Part shown: positions 8,982 through 16,906 of the stretch, in pieces | How positions within the stretch are numbered: the first letter of the stretch is position 1 | How the letters are laid out: each line of letters starts with the position of its first letter | From: Synechocystis sp. PCC 6803 substr. PCC-P | GTDB taxonomy: Bacteria; Cyanobacteriota; Cyanobacteriia; Cyanobacteriales; Microcystaceae | Direction: 5' to 3' | Assembly (NCBI RefSeq): GCF_000284455.1 | Contig: NC_017039.1 | Location: 2,640,001 to 2,672,000 of the forward strand | DNA: 32,000 nt | Position numbers and translations under genes: made by a program | Notes under the pieces: generated by a model | The model's database searches: none | What the model saw: the letters and a program-made list of their open reading frames with translations, nothing else | Told to the model about the DNA's origin: nothing

Positions 8982-9266
8982 TTGAGTTGCTGTTTAGTAT
9001 TGACATAAAATAAAATTCTGTTGGTCAATTTATTTGAACTATAAATATTTAGTCTTTTATGCACTCTATTTGTATTGATGTATGTTTGCAAGGCGATCAG
9101 ATCTAAAAGTCTGTTCAGAGAGTTGAGTTTTGGCTGTTTAATCCCCCCTTGGAAAGGGGGTAACTGTCACAAAAGTCGCCCTTTTTAAGCCAGAGCTTTA
9201 GTGAGGAGATTTAGGAGGATAAATACCTAGCCTGGCACGTTTCAAACACTTTCTAAACGATCAAAC

Positions 9267-9665
9267 CTAGTCCCACCAAAGGGCTACCCCTTGGTCTTGG
9301 CGCAGGGCATTTTGCAGGATGGTTAACCCAAAGTCGGGATCATCCCAATCCACTCCCTCTAGCAGGTTTTGCAAATCGGGGGGGATTTCTTCGCCAGCTT
9401 CCTTGCCCATCGCGAGAATATCATCAAAACAACCAAATCCCTGGTCAATGACATCGGGGCAGAACTCGTAAATTTCCTCGGCTAGGGCTTTCAAATCCGT
9501 GGGTAAGTTCTCAAAGCGGACTATGAGGCTATCAAAGCTCACTTCACCGATTTCAATGCCATATTGCCCATCCCATTGCTGAAGCTTAGCAATCAAATCT
9601 TCGGTGGTGATGTCGTAGTTAATGCCGTTGGTTTGTTGCTCAATAATTGCCGTTGGATCAAACAT
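9267..9665 (-). CDS. Acidic hypothetical protein, possibly DUF4253-like
   Basis: ORF track, 132 aa. It starts 27 nt downstream of the ruvB stop on the same strand. The ...EFCPDVIDQG... segment and the terminal ...LWWD recall DUF4253, from memory only. Confidence 0.55.
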   Translation of the reverse strand: MFDPTAIIEQQTNGINYDITTEDLIAKLQQWDGQYGIEIGEVSFDSLIVRFENLPTDLKALAEEIYEFCPDVIDQGFGCFDDILAMGKEAGEEIPPDLQNLLEGVDWDDPDFGLTILQNALRQDQGVALWWD

Positions 9666-9692
9666 AAAATAAACGAATTTTTTGACTACGCC

Positions 9693-10778
9693 TTAACTTT
9701 CCTTCCAAGGTAGCAGGGGAGTGGGGGGAGTCAACCCTAGGTGTTCATAGGCGGCGGTGGTGGCAATGCGGCCTCGACTGGTGCGGGCCAGGTAACCAAT
9801 TTGTAGCAGGTAGGGTTCGTACACTTCCTCAATGGTTTTGGCATCTTCCCCTGTGGCAGCGGCGATCGCCTCTAGGCCGGTGGGGCCTCCCTGGAATTGT
9901 TCAATTAAAGTTTGTAAAACTAAGCGGTCTGTCCAATCCAAACCCCGTTTATCCACTTGGTATAAATCCAATGCTTCCGACGCAAGGGCAGGGTCAATTT
10001 CCGGCTGTTGTTTAACCTGGGCGTAATCCCGCACCCTTTTCAGTAAACGGTTGGCAATGCGGGGAGTTCCCCTGGCTCTCATGGCGATCGCCTCGGCCCC
10101 TGTGGGGGAAATAGATACGGATAAAATACCAGCGGTGCGGAGGATAATTTGTTGCAACTCATCAACCTCGTAAAATCTCAATCTTTGAATTAAGCCAAAC
10201 CGATCCCGCAGCGGCGAAGTCAAAGAACCTACTTTGGTGGTAGCCCCCACAAGAGTAAAGTGGGCTAACTTTAAACTGCGGACTTTGGCGCTTTGGCCTT
10301 TGCCCATAGTGATGTCCAAACGAAAATCCTCCATGGCAGGGTAGAGCAATTCCTCGGTTAGGCGATTTAAACGGTGAATTTCGTCGATAAACAAAATATC
10401 CCCCGGTTGCAGAGCCAATAGTAGCCCCGTAATATCCCTGGGACGTTCTAACGCCGGAGCCGCAGTAATTTTGCAACGTACCTGCATTTCCTCCGCCAAA
10501 ATTAGAGCTAGGGTGGTTTTGCCCAACCCCGGTGGGCCGTATAACAGCAGATGGTCGATCGCCTCTTGCCTACCTTGGGCCGCTTGGATAGCAATGCGCA
10601 ACACTTCCTTGAGATCCCGTTGGCCAATGTAATCCGCTAACCGTTGGGGCCTGAGGGATGCCTCTTGCTGTTCTAACTCTGGGCTGGTACTGCGTTCCTG
10701 GGGAATAACTTCCGGGGAAAGGAGATCGGATTTAACGTTGGGAGAAAGATTATTGTTGCCGGAACGTTTAATGGCCAT
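9693..10778 (-). CDS. ruvB: Holliday junction branch-migration ATPase RuvB
   Basis: ORF track, 361 aa. Walker [10 protein letters not shown], Walker [23 protein letters not shown]. It has a ~40-aa N-terminal extension relative to enterobacterial RuvB. Confidence 0.95.
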   Translation of the reverse strand: MAIKRSGNNNLSPNVKSDLLSPEVIPQERSTSPELEQQEASLRPQRLADYIGQRDLKEVLRIAIQAAQGRQEAIDHLLLYGPPGLGKTTLALILAEEMQVRCKITAAPALERPRDITGLLLALQPGDILFIDEIHRLNRLTEELLYPAMEDFRLDITMGKGQSAKVRSLKLAHFTLVGATTKVGSLTSPLRDRFGLIQRLRFYEVDELQQIILRTAGILSVSISPTGAEAIAMRARGTPRIANRLLKRVRDYAQVKQQPEIDPALASEALDLYQVDKRGLDWTDRLVLQTLIEQFQGGPTGLEAIAAATGEDAKTIEEVYEPYLLQIGYLARTSRGRIATTAAYEHLGLTPPTPLLPWKES

Positions 10779-10979
10779 GGCGCAGGGAAAAGGAAAGGCT
10801 CAGCTTGAGTCGGTTCTAGTCAGTATCCCCCCATCCTACATTGGCGATCGCCGCCGGGTTGTTCGGAACATCCCAGCAAAAAAGCCTCCAGCCCTCGATA
10901 ATCCGCTAACCTGAAATTAGGTACTTCTCCCCCATTTACCCAAGGCGTTAAAGCATTCAGGGGTTGATTTTTTAAGGTT

Positions 10980-12950
10980 ATGCAAACAACCAGTGACGTT
11001 CTCATTATTGGCGGTGGCATCATCGGTTTGGCGATCGCCGTGGAACTGAAATTAAAGCAAAAGCGGTTGCAGGTCACAGTGCTGAGTCGGGATTTTGCCC
11101 AGGCGGCCAGCCATGCGGCGGCGGGAATGTTAGCCCCCCATGCGGAACAAATCGCCCCAGGCCCCATGCTGGATCTATGTTTGGCTTCCCGCTGGCGTTA
11201 CGGGGAATGGGTGGAAAAACTGGAACAGTTAACAGGCATGGAAACGGGTTATAACCCCTGTGGCATCCTCTCCCCCGTGTTTGAAGCGCCCCATGGCAAT
11301 AGTTCCACTAATTCTGCCTGGTTAGACCAGGAAACCATTCGATACTATCAACCAGGGCTGGGGGAAGACGTAATTGGTGGTTGGTGGCATCCCGACGATG
11401 GCCAAGTGGATAACCGCAAACTGGTCAGTGCTCTGCGGCAAGCGGCCCAATCCCTGGGAGTACAAATTCAAGAAGGGGTCACCGTCCAGGCGATCGCCCA
11501 ACGTCATGGCCAAGTGACTGCGGTGCTAACGGATCAGGGTTCTTTCCAAGCAGATAGCTACGTGTTGGCCAACGGCTCCTGGGCCAAGGAATTACTGCCC
11601 CTGCCGGTATTCCCAGTTAAAGGTCAAATGATGGCCCTGCGGATGCCAGCGGGAACTCACCAGCCCTATCCTTTGCAACGGGTACTTTTTGGTCCCCAAA
11701 CCTATCTGGTGCCCCGGCGGGATGGCCGCTTAATTGTGGGGGCAACTTCGGAGCAGGTGGACTGGCAGCCCCATAATACGCCCCAGGGCATTCAAACCCT
11801 ATTAGGTCGAGCCATTAGACTTTTCCCGGCCCTAGGCGATTGGGCCATTGAGGATTTTTGGTGGGGATTTCGCCCCGGCACCCCCGATGAACAGCCTTTC
11901 TTGGGCTATGGCCCCTGTGATAATCTCATTTTGGCGATCGGTCATTACCGCAACGGCATTTTGCTCGCCCCCATCACCGCCGCTTTGATTAGCGATTTAA
12001 TCCTCGACCAGAAGGTTTCTCCCCTCATCCATGCCTTTAGTCCCCAACGTTTTCTAACAACTACCAATCCCCCTGTACTGTCCTGCCGCCCTATGACTGC
12101 TGTATTTCCTTCCATTGCCAACCCTTCCCTGCCCCATGCCGCTGAAAATTCAGAGGGCAGTAAAGATTTGCTAGAAATTGCTGGCCGTAAATTCCACTCC
12201 CGCCTAATGACGGGCACCGGCAAATATCCTTCCCTCACCACCATGCAGGAAAGCGTCGCTAGCAGTGGTTGTCAGATTGTCACCGTGGCAGTGCGCCGAG
12301 TACAAACCAATGCCCCAGGCCACGAGGGATTAGCGGAAGCCATTGATTGGTCCACCATTTGGATGCTCCCCAACACCGCTGGTTGTCAAACGGCCGAGGA
12401 AGCTATTCGGGTAGCCCGGTTGGGAAGGGAAATGGCTAAGTTACTGGGCCAGGAAGATAATAATTTCATCAAGCTAGAAGTCATTCCCGATACCCAATAC
12501 CTCTTACCAGACCCCATTGGCACCCTCGAGGCGGCAGAACAGTTGGTTAAGGAAGGTTTTGCCGTACTGCCCTATATCAACGCTGATCCCTTATTGGCGA
12601 AAAGGCTGGAAGAAGTGGGCTGTGCCACTGTGATGCCCCTTGGTTCCCCCATCGGTTCTGGGCAGGGTATCCGTAACGCCGCCAACATTGGCATCATTAT
12701 TGAGAATGCCAAGGTTCCCGTGGTGGTGGATGCGGGCATTGGCACCCCCAGTGAAGCAGCCCAAGCAATGGAAATGGGCGCTGATGCGGTGTTGATCAAC
12801 AGTGCGATCGCCATGGCGGCCAATCCCGTGGCCATGGCCCAGGCTATGGGAATGGCTACCCAAGCAGGGAGGCTCGCCTATCTGTCGGGCAGAATGCCCA
12901 TTAAAGCCAAGGCCAATGCCAGTTCTCCCCTCACGGGCCTAGTGGGTTAG
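10980..12950 (+). CDS. thiG: Bifunctional fusion of ThiO (FAD glycine oxidase) and ThiG (thiazole synthase)
   Basis: ORF track, 656 aa. The N-terminus has the FAD fold [15 protein letters not shown] and a DAO-like domain. From about nt 12165 the sequence reads [19 protein letters not shown]...FIKLEVIPD...[13 protein letters not shown], a canonical ThiG. Confidence 0.9.
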   Translation: MQTTSDVLIIGGGIIGLAIAVELKLKQKRLQVTVLSRDFAQAASHAAAGMLAPHAEQIAPGPMLDLCLASRWRYGEWVEKLEQLTGMETGYNPCGILSPVFEAPHGNSSTNSAWLDQETIRYYQPGLGEDVIGGWWHPDDGQVDNRKLVSALRQAAQSLGVQIQEGVTVQAIAQRHGQVTAVLTDQGSFQADSYVLANGSWAKELLPLPVFPVKGQMMALRMPAGTHQPYPLQRVLFGPQTYLVPRRDGRLIVGATSEQVDWQPHNTPQGIQTLLGRAIRLFPALGDWAIEDFWWGFRPGTPDEQPFLGYGPCDNLILAIGHYRNGILLAPITAALISDLILDQKVSPLIHAFSPQRFLTTTNPPVLSCRPMTAVFPSIANPSLPHAAENSEGSKDLLEIAGRKFHSRLMTGTGKYPSLTTMQESVASSGCQIVTVAVRRVQTNAPGHEGLAEAIDWSTIWMLPNTAGCQTAEEAIRVARLGREMAKLLGQEDNNFIKLEVIPDTQYLLPDPIGTLEAAEQLVKEGFAVLPYINADPLLAKRLEEVGCATVMPLGSPIGSGQGIRNAANIGIIIENAKVPVVVDAGIGTPSEAAQAMEMGADAVLINSAIAMAANPVAMAQAMGMATQAGRLAYLSGRMPIKAKANASSPLTGLVG

Positions 12951-12982
12951 GAGATTTTCCGGATCAAAAGTCCCAAACTCTT

Positions 12983-13080
12983 AGAGCGTGTTTGAAAAGT
13001 CGGCATAATTGGGAAAAATGGTGAAGAATATAGAATTTTCACCATTTTCCATTCTTCACCCTACTTTTCAAACATATTCT
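12983..13080. repeat. 98-nt nested inverted repeat (two-tier hairpin), possibly the thiG terminator or a structured RNA
   Basis: Outer arms GTGTTTGAAAAGT (12988..13000) and ACTTTTCAAACAT (13063..13075). Inner arms GGAAAAATGGTGAA (13012..13025) and TTCACCATTTTCC (13038..13050), with a 1-nt bulge. A competing perfect 10-bp pairing joins GGTGAAGAAT (13020..13029) to ATTCTTCACC (13051..13060). Confidence 0.7.
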
Positions 13081-13285
13081 TAACTAATGAGAACTTTTAA
13101 AAACAGCAACAAAAAAATACTCAACAATTCAGGCACAGGAAATCCCAACAATAAAGCGTTCATTAGCCACTAAAATTACCTTGCAGCTATCGAAACTTGC
13201 TTTGCAAATCGGCGAGCTGGGGCGATCGCCAAGGACAGGTGGCGACCCGTTAAACTTGAGTCAAGACAAATAATCCCGAATAACT

Positions 13286-13864
13286 ATGGCAACTACCGCT
13301 GATGAAGTTTGGCAATTGCTTGGAGAACTGATCCAGTCCCAGAAAGAAACGGAACGGCGTTTGCAAGAAACTGAACGTTTACTGAAAGAACAGTCCCAAA
13401 AAACTGATCGCCAAATTCAAGAGTTGAGTAAACAAATTGGTGGTCTAGGCAAAAAATTCGGCAGCTTTACTGAAGGGCTGGCCTTGCCTTCCATGGAAAC
13501 TATCCTCTACGAAAAATTTGCCATGGAAGTGGTGACCCCCAGCGTCCGAGTGAGCAAGCGGGGCAAACATATTGAATTAGATGTGCTGGCCTATGCCAAT
13601 GGAGAGGTGAACACCGCCATTGTGGTAGAGGTTAAAAGCCATGCCCGCCAGGAATCCATCGGTCAATTAATTACCCACCTGCAAAGCTTTCGGGAATTTT
13701 TTCCTGAGCATGGAGACAAAAAACTCTATGGCATCCTCGCCGCCGTAGATTTGTCCAATGCCCTGCGGGAAGAAGTGTTAAAAGCTGGATTATACGTCGC
13801 CCGCATTCGGGGAGAAATTTTTGAACTCGATACTCCCCCCACTTTTCAGCCCAAAGCTTGGTAG
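13286..13864 (+). CDS. Hypothetical protein with an N-terminal coiled coil and a C-terminal PD-(D/E)XK nuclease-like domain
   Basis: ORF track, 192 aa. The N-terminus is a heptad-rich helix (QKETERRLQETERLLKEQSQKTDRQIQELSKQ). The C-terminus has ...HIELDVLAY...AIVVEVKS..., a D...E-x-K pattern like restriction-endonuclease-fold proteins. Confidence 0.6.
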   Translation: MATTADEVWQLLGELIQSQKETERRLQETERLLKEQSQKTDRQIQELSKQIGGLGKKFGSFTEGLALPSMETILYEKFAMEVVTPSVRVSKRGKHIELDVLAYANGEVNTAIVVEVKSHARQESIGQLITHLQSFREFFPEHGDKKLYGILAAVDLSNALREEVLKAGLYVARIRGEIFELDTPPTFQPKAW

Positions 13865-13965
13865 GGAGAATTTCTACCTCTACCCATGGATAACCGCCAT
13901 AAACTTTCTGCCCCTAATCCTGCTATAGAATTCAGTAGTAGAATCAAATTTAGATTTATTTATTC

Positions 13966-14904
13966 ATGGCCCTTCCCTTTGACCTGGAGCAAACTTGGCT
14001 CTATCCCCTGCCCGAATTTAGTTTGATTGCATTACAAGGGGAAGACCGGCGGCGCTTTTTACACAACCAAACCACCAACGCAGTGGAAGCTAGGGCTGTG
14101 GGGGAATGGTTTGAAACCGTATTCGTCAACTCCACCGGCAGAACCTTAGAACTTGCCACGGTCTATGTACGTCAAGACTCCCTTTGGCTTCAAGTGGAAG
14201 CCGGGCAAAAAGATTTCCTCTGGCAATGGATGGACCGATTTATTTTCCCCTTTGACAAAGTGGAACTGCGGGATTTATCTGCCCATTATCGGGCGGTGGT
14301 GCTGTTGGGGGAAAAGGTTGAAGAGCATAATTTAGGTTGGCAATTGCCCACTGGGAACCAATGGTTAGCCCAATCGGTGCAGGGAGTTGAATTGCTCATT
14401 TCCGCCCAAACGGGGTTGGATTTGCCCGGTTATACGGTGATTTTTCCTGCGGATCAACAGGAATTGGTTAATCAACTTTGGGGGCATTTACCCCTAATCA
14501 ACCCAGACCAATGGGAAAGTTTGCGTATTTACCAGGGCAGACCCCAAGCAGGGAAAGAATTAACAGAGGACTACAATCCCCTCGAAGCGGGTTTGTGGCG
14601 AGCGATCTCTTTTACTAAAGGTTGTTACATTGGGCAGGAAACCATTGCCCGTTTGAATACTTACCAAGGCGTCAAACAAAGGTTGTGGCGCATTACCCTT
14701 GATCGCCAGGCGGAAGCGGGAACGGTGATTACCCTAGAAGGACAAAAGGTGGGCATTTTAACCAGTGTGAAAGGATTGACGGGGTTGGGTTACCTCAAAA
14801 CTAAGTTGGTTGATCAGGGCATGACAGTGCAGTTGGGAGAGGCGATCGCCACGGTAGAAAAACCACCCTACCTGAGCCACCAATATTACCAAGGGCCCAG
14901 TTAG
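13966..14904 (+). CDS. ygfZ: YgfZ-family folate-binding protein (GcvT-like fold, linked to Fe-S cluster and tRNA modification)
   Basis: ORF track, 312 aa. It carries the diagnostic KGCYIGQETIARL motif. Confidence 0.8.
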   Translation: MALPFDLEQTWLYPLPEFSLIALQGEDRRRFLHNQTTNAVEARAVGEWFETVFVNSTGRTLELATVYVRQDSLWLQVEAGQKDFLWQWMDRFIFPFDKVELRDLSAHYRAVVLLGEKVEEHNLGWQLPTGNQWLAQSVQGVELLISAQTGLDLPGYTVIFPADQQELVNQLWGHLPLINPDQWESLRIYQGRPQAGKELTEDYNPLEAGLWRAISFTKGCYIGQETIARLNTYQGVKQRLWRITLDRQAEAGTVITLEGQKVGILTSVKGLTGLGYLKTKLVDQGMTVQLGEAIATVEKPPYLSHQYYQGPS

Positions 14905-14974
14905 ATCCCAGCACAAAAGTTTTTCCGCTCAAAAGTCAAATTGATCGGGCAAGTTTGCAAGGACTAGAAGCCTG

Positions 14975-15421
14975 TCAAAAGTCTTCTTGGTCAGTCTGGA
15001 CATCAAACCTGGCTGCTAACACCTCTGCTACCGCTTCTTCCAAATCCAGAGGTATAAGTTGGCCATGATTTTCCCTTGGGCTGAGCCAACCATCCAAGGG
15101 CATCAGTCGTAACTGCCGACTTTCTTGCCAGAGGTCCATAACAGTTTTTCCCTGGTTATCAAGGCTAATTTCCAGATAATCAAAGCTGTTGACGTTGAGA
15201 TAAAGGGATTGATTGGTAACAACGGTAGCCTGTTGAGCATCGCTAAACACATCTAGGATCCAACCCTGGCCTTCGGCCTGGGATATGCCATCCAATTGAT
15301 AGTAGTAATTAACCTGTCCTAAATCGTTTAGGGCCCGTTGCATATCTTCTTTGTTGACCAAAATACCCTGTTCTATCACACAGGGAGCCGGCAGGGGGAG
15401 GGGATGAAATTCAGGATTCAT
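14975..15421 (-). CDS. Hypothetical acidic protein, no recognisable domain
   Basis: ORF track, 148 aa. It is the only long ORF in this interval and its codon usage looks like the neighbours'. Confidence 0.55.
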   Translation of the reverse strand: MNPEFHPLPLPAPCVIEQGILVNKEDMQRALNDLGQVNYYYQLDGISQAEGQGWILDVFSDAQQATVVTNQSLYLNVNSFDYLEISLDNQGKTVMDLWQESRQLRLMPLDGWLSPRENHGQLIPLDLEEAVAEVLAARFDVQTDQEDF

Positions 15422-15676
15422 GGGGGTGAGGGCGGGGTAAAAAGCTTGGTCAGTCGGTTGAAGCTAAATATTTACGATTATTAATTCCACCAGGATTACT
15501 AACAAAAATCACGTAAAAGTATTAGTCTAGATGGGGAATTTTAGTTTTGGGTTGCCAAGCCGTCGGTGGAGCGATTTGATTGATCCCCGCTTCAATTTTG
15601 ATCTTAGCCCAAGAATTCGTAACTAGATTTTAAGTTTTTGCTGAGTGGCAACTTCTTACCCTGGGAATGGTGATTT

Positions 15677-16459
15677 ATGGAATGGTGGCGTCGCTGGTAT
15701 TTTCTCTGGGGCGGAGATAGTGTGGGGGCGGCCATTCTGTTTTACACTCGTTTGCCCTGGCCTCCGAGCTGGCCAGTAAATTTTGACCGTATTGCCCGTT
15801 GGATAACCCTAATGGGACTTTTGCTGTCCCTAATTTTGCTGGCGTTAGATCGAGGCTTACATTGGTTGGGCATGGACAACCTATTGCAATCAGCCGTTGT
15901 GGTTAGCCTTTGGTTAGCTTTGACCGGGGGGCTCCATTTGGACGGGGTAGCGGATACGGCCGATGGTTTAGCGGTGACCAATCCCAGCAAACGCTTAGCG
16001 GTAATGCAAGACAGTTATACGGGGGCCTATGGCGTGATGGCGATCGCCGTGGTTTTATTGCTAAAAACCTTTGCCTTGGCTAGTTTTAGTGACCATGGTT
16101 TAGCAAGCTGGGCCCTTATCATGGCTTTGGGGTGGGGCCGTTGGGGCCAACTGTTGGCGATCGCCCTTTATCCTTACCTGAGAGAAAACGGCAAAGGTGC
16201 CATGCATAAACGCAATTTAAAATTAAGGCCCGATTTGCTGCTGGGCACAATGATTATTGTCTTTGGGGGAGTGGGCATGGGTTACGCCCTAGCCATTGAG
16301 CCTTGGTTGATTCTGGGGGCTACGGGGAGTTCGGCACTAATAGCCTGGGCCGTGGGGCGGTGGTTTGCTCAACAATTTAAAGGTCACACGGGGGACACCT
16401 ATGGCGCAGTGGTGGAATGGAGTGAAGTATTGATTTTGCTAGGTTTGTCCTTGGTTTAA
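15677..16459 (+). CDS. cobS: Adenosylcobinamide-GDP ribazoletransferase (cobalamin 5'-phosphate synthase)
   Basis: ORF track, 260 aa. Polytopic membrane protein with the CobS motif GGLHLDGVADTADGL. Confidence 0.88.
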   Translation: MEWWRRWYFLWGGDSVGAAILFYTRLPWPPSWPVNFDRIARWITLMGLLLSLILLALDRGLHWLGMDNLLQSAVVVSLWLALTGGLHLDGVADTADGLAVTNPSKRLAVMQDSYTGAYGVMAIAVVLLLKTFALASFSDHGLASWALIMALGWGRWGQLLAIALYPYLRENGKGAMHKRNLKLRPDLLLGTMIIVFGGVGMGYALAIEPWLILGATGSSALIAWAVGRWFAQQFKGHTGDTYGAVVEWSEVLILLGLSLV

Positions 16460-16564
16460 AGGTTTGAGCCATCTCAATGGCGGTTAATTTTGCCCCGCCA
16501 TGGGATTATGACCAGTATCAAAGTGAATCGGCGATAATTGTCCTAAATTTTGCAGGAGTAGACA

Positions 16565-16768
16565 TTGGCAGAAAAACGGAAAAAACGGCGATCATCCTCT
16601 TCTTTGTTTGGAAAACCCCTATTGGGTTTGGTAGGATTGACCCTAGCGTTATATTTGTTGAGGGGCTGGGGGATTATTACCTTTTTACCTGGGGGAATCT
16701 TCCTTGGCATGGCCGCCCTCACGGTCTTGGTGGCCCTGTTGTACGGCTGGGAATTGACTAGCCGTTAG
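16565..16768 (+). CDS. Small two-TM membrane protein (67 aa) with an apparent TTG start
   Basis: ORF track. A stop (TAG 16559..16561) lies immediately upstream in frame, so TTG 16565 is the earliest possible start. AGGAG (16554..16558) sits 6 nt before it. The basic N-terminus (KRKKRR) is followed by two hydrophobic helices. Codon choice looks better than in the overlapping 94-aa ORF in another frame. Confidence 0.45.
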   Translation: MAEKRKKRRSSSSLFGKPLLGLVGLTLALYLLRGWGIITFLPGGIFLGMAALTVLVALLYGWELTSR

Positions 16769-16906
16769 GTCAATGTTGGTAATGCTGGGGTAAAATTCAG
16801 ACCGCAAACTGTTGTGATCATTGCCGCAGGTTTGTTCGTTTTTGCTTAACATTTAACTCTGTTTCCGATTCGATTCATCTAAATCTGGTTCAATTGCTGA
16901 GTTGCC

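Noticed and set aside
9000-9060. A perfect TTGACA -35 hexamer (9000..9005) and TATAAAT-like strings on the + strand of the AT-rich island
   Set aside because: No properly spaced (16-18 nt) -10 partner follows the TTGACA. In 21% G+C DNA, promoter-like hexamers arise by chance. There is also no downstream + strand gene.
10779-10979. Possible TPP (THI-box) riboswitch upstream of thiO-thiG
   Set aside because: I could not find the CUGAGA element or the ACCUGAUCUGGAUAAUGCCAGCG-like pyrophosphate-sensing helix. Only a vague AACCTGA string is present. An Rfam scan would be decisive.
10820-11167. A 115-aa minus-strand ORF spanning the ruvB/thiO divergent region
   Set aside because: It overlaps the FAD-binding N-terminus of ThiO in antisense and has no motifs, so it is a likely shadow ORF.
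15422-15676. Possible cobalamin riboswitch upstream of cobS
   Set aside because: There is no B12-box (AGYCMGGNGACCKGCC-like) or GCCACUG core. Only a 7-bp inverted repeat GTTGCCA...TGGCAAC is present. Not supported.
16477-16761. A 94-aa ATG-initiated ORF downstream of cobS
   Set aside because: Rare-codon usage and no features. The overlapping 67-aa TTG frame has an SD, a flanking stop and clean TM helices. It is kept as an open question in the findings.
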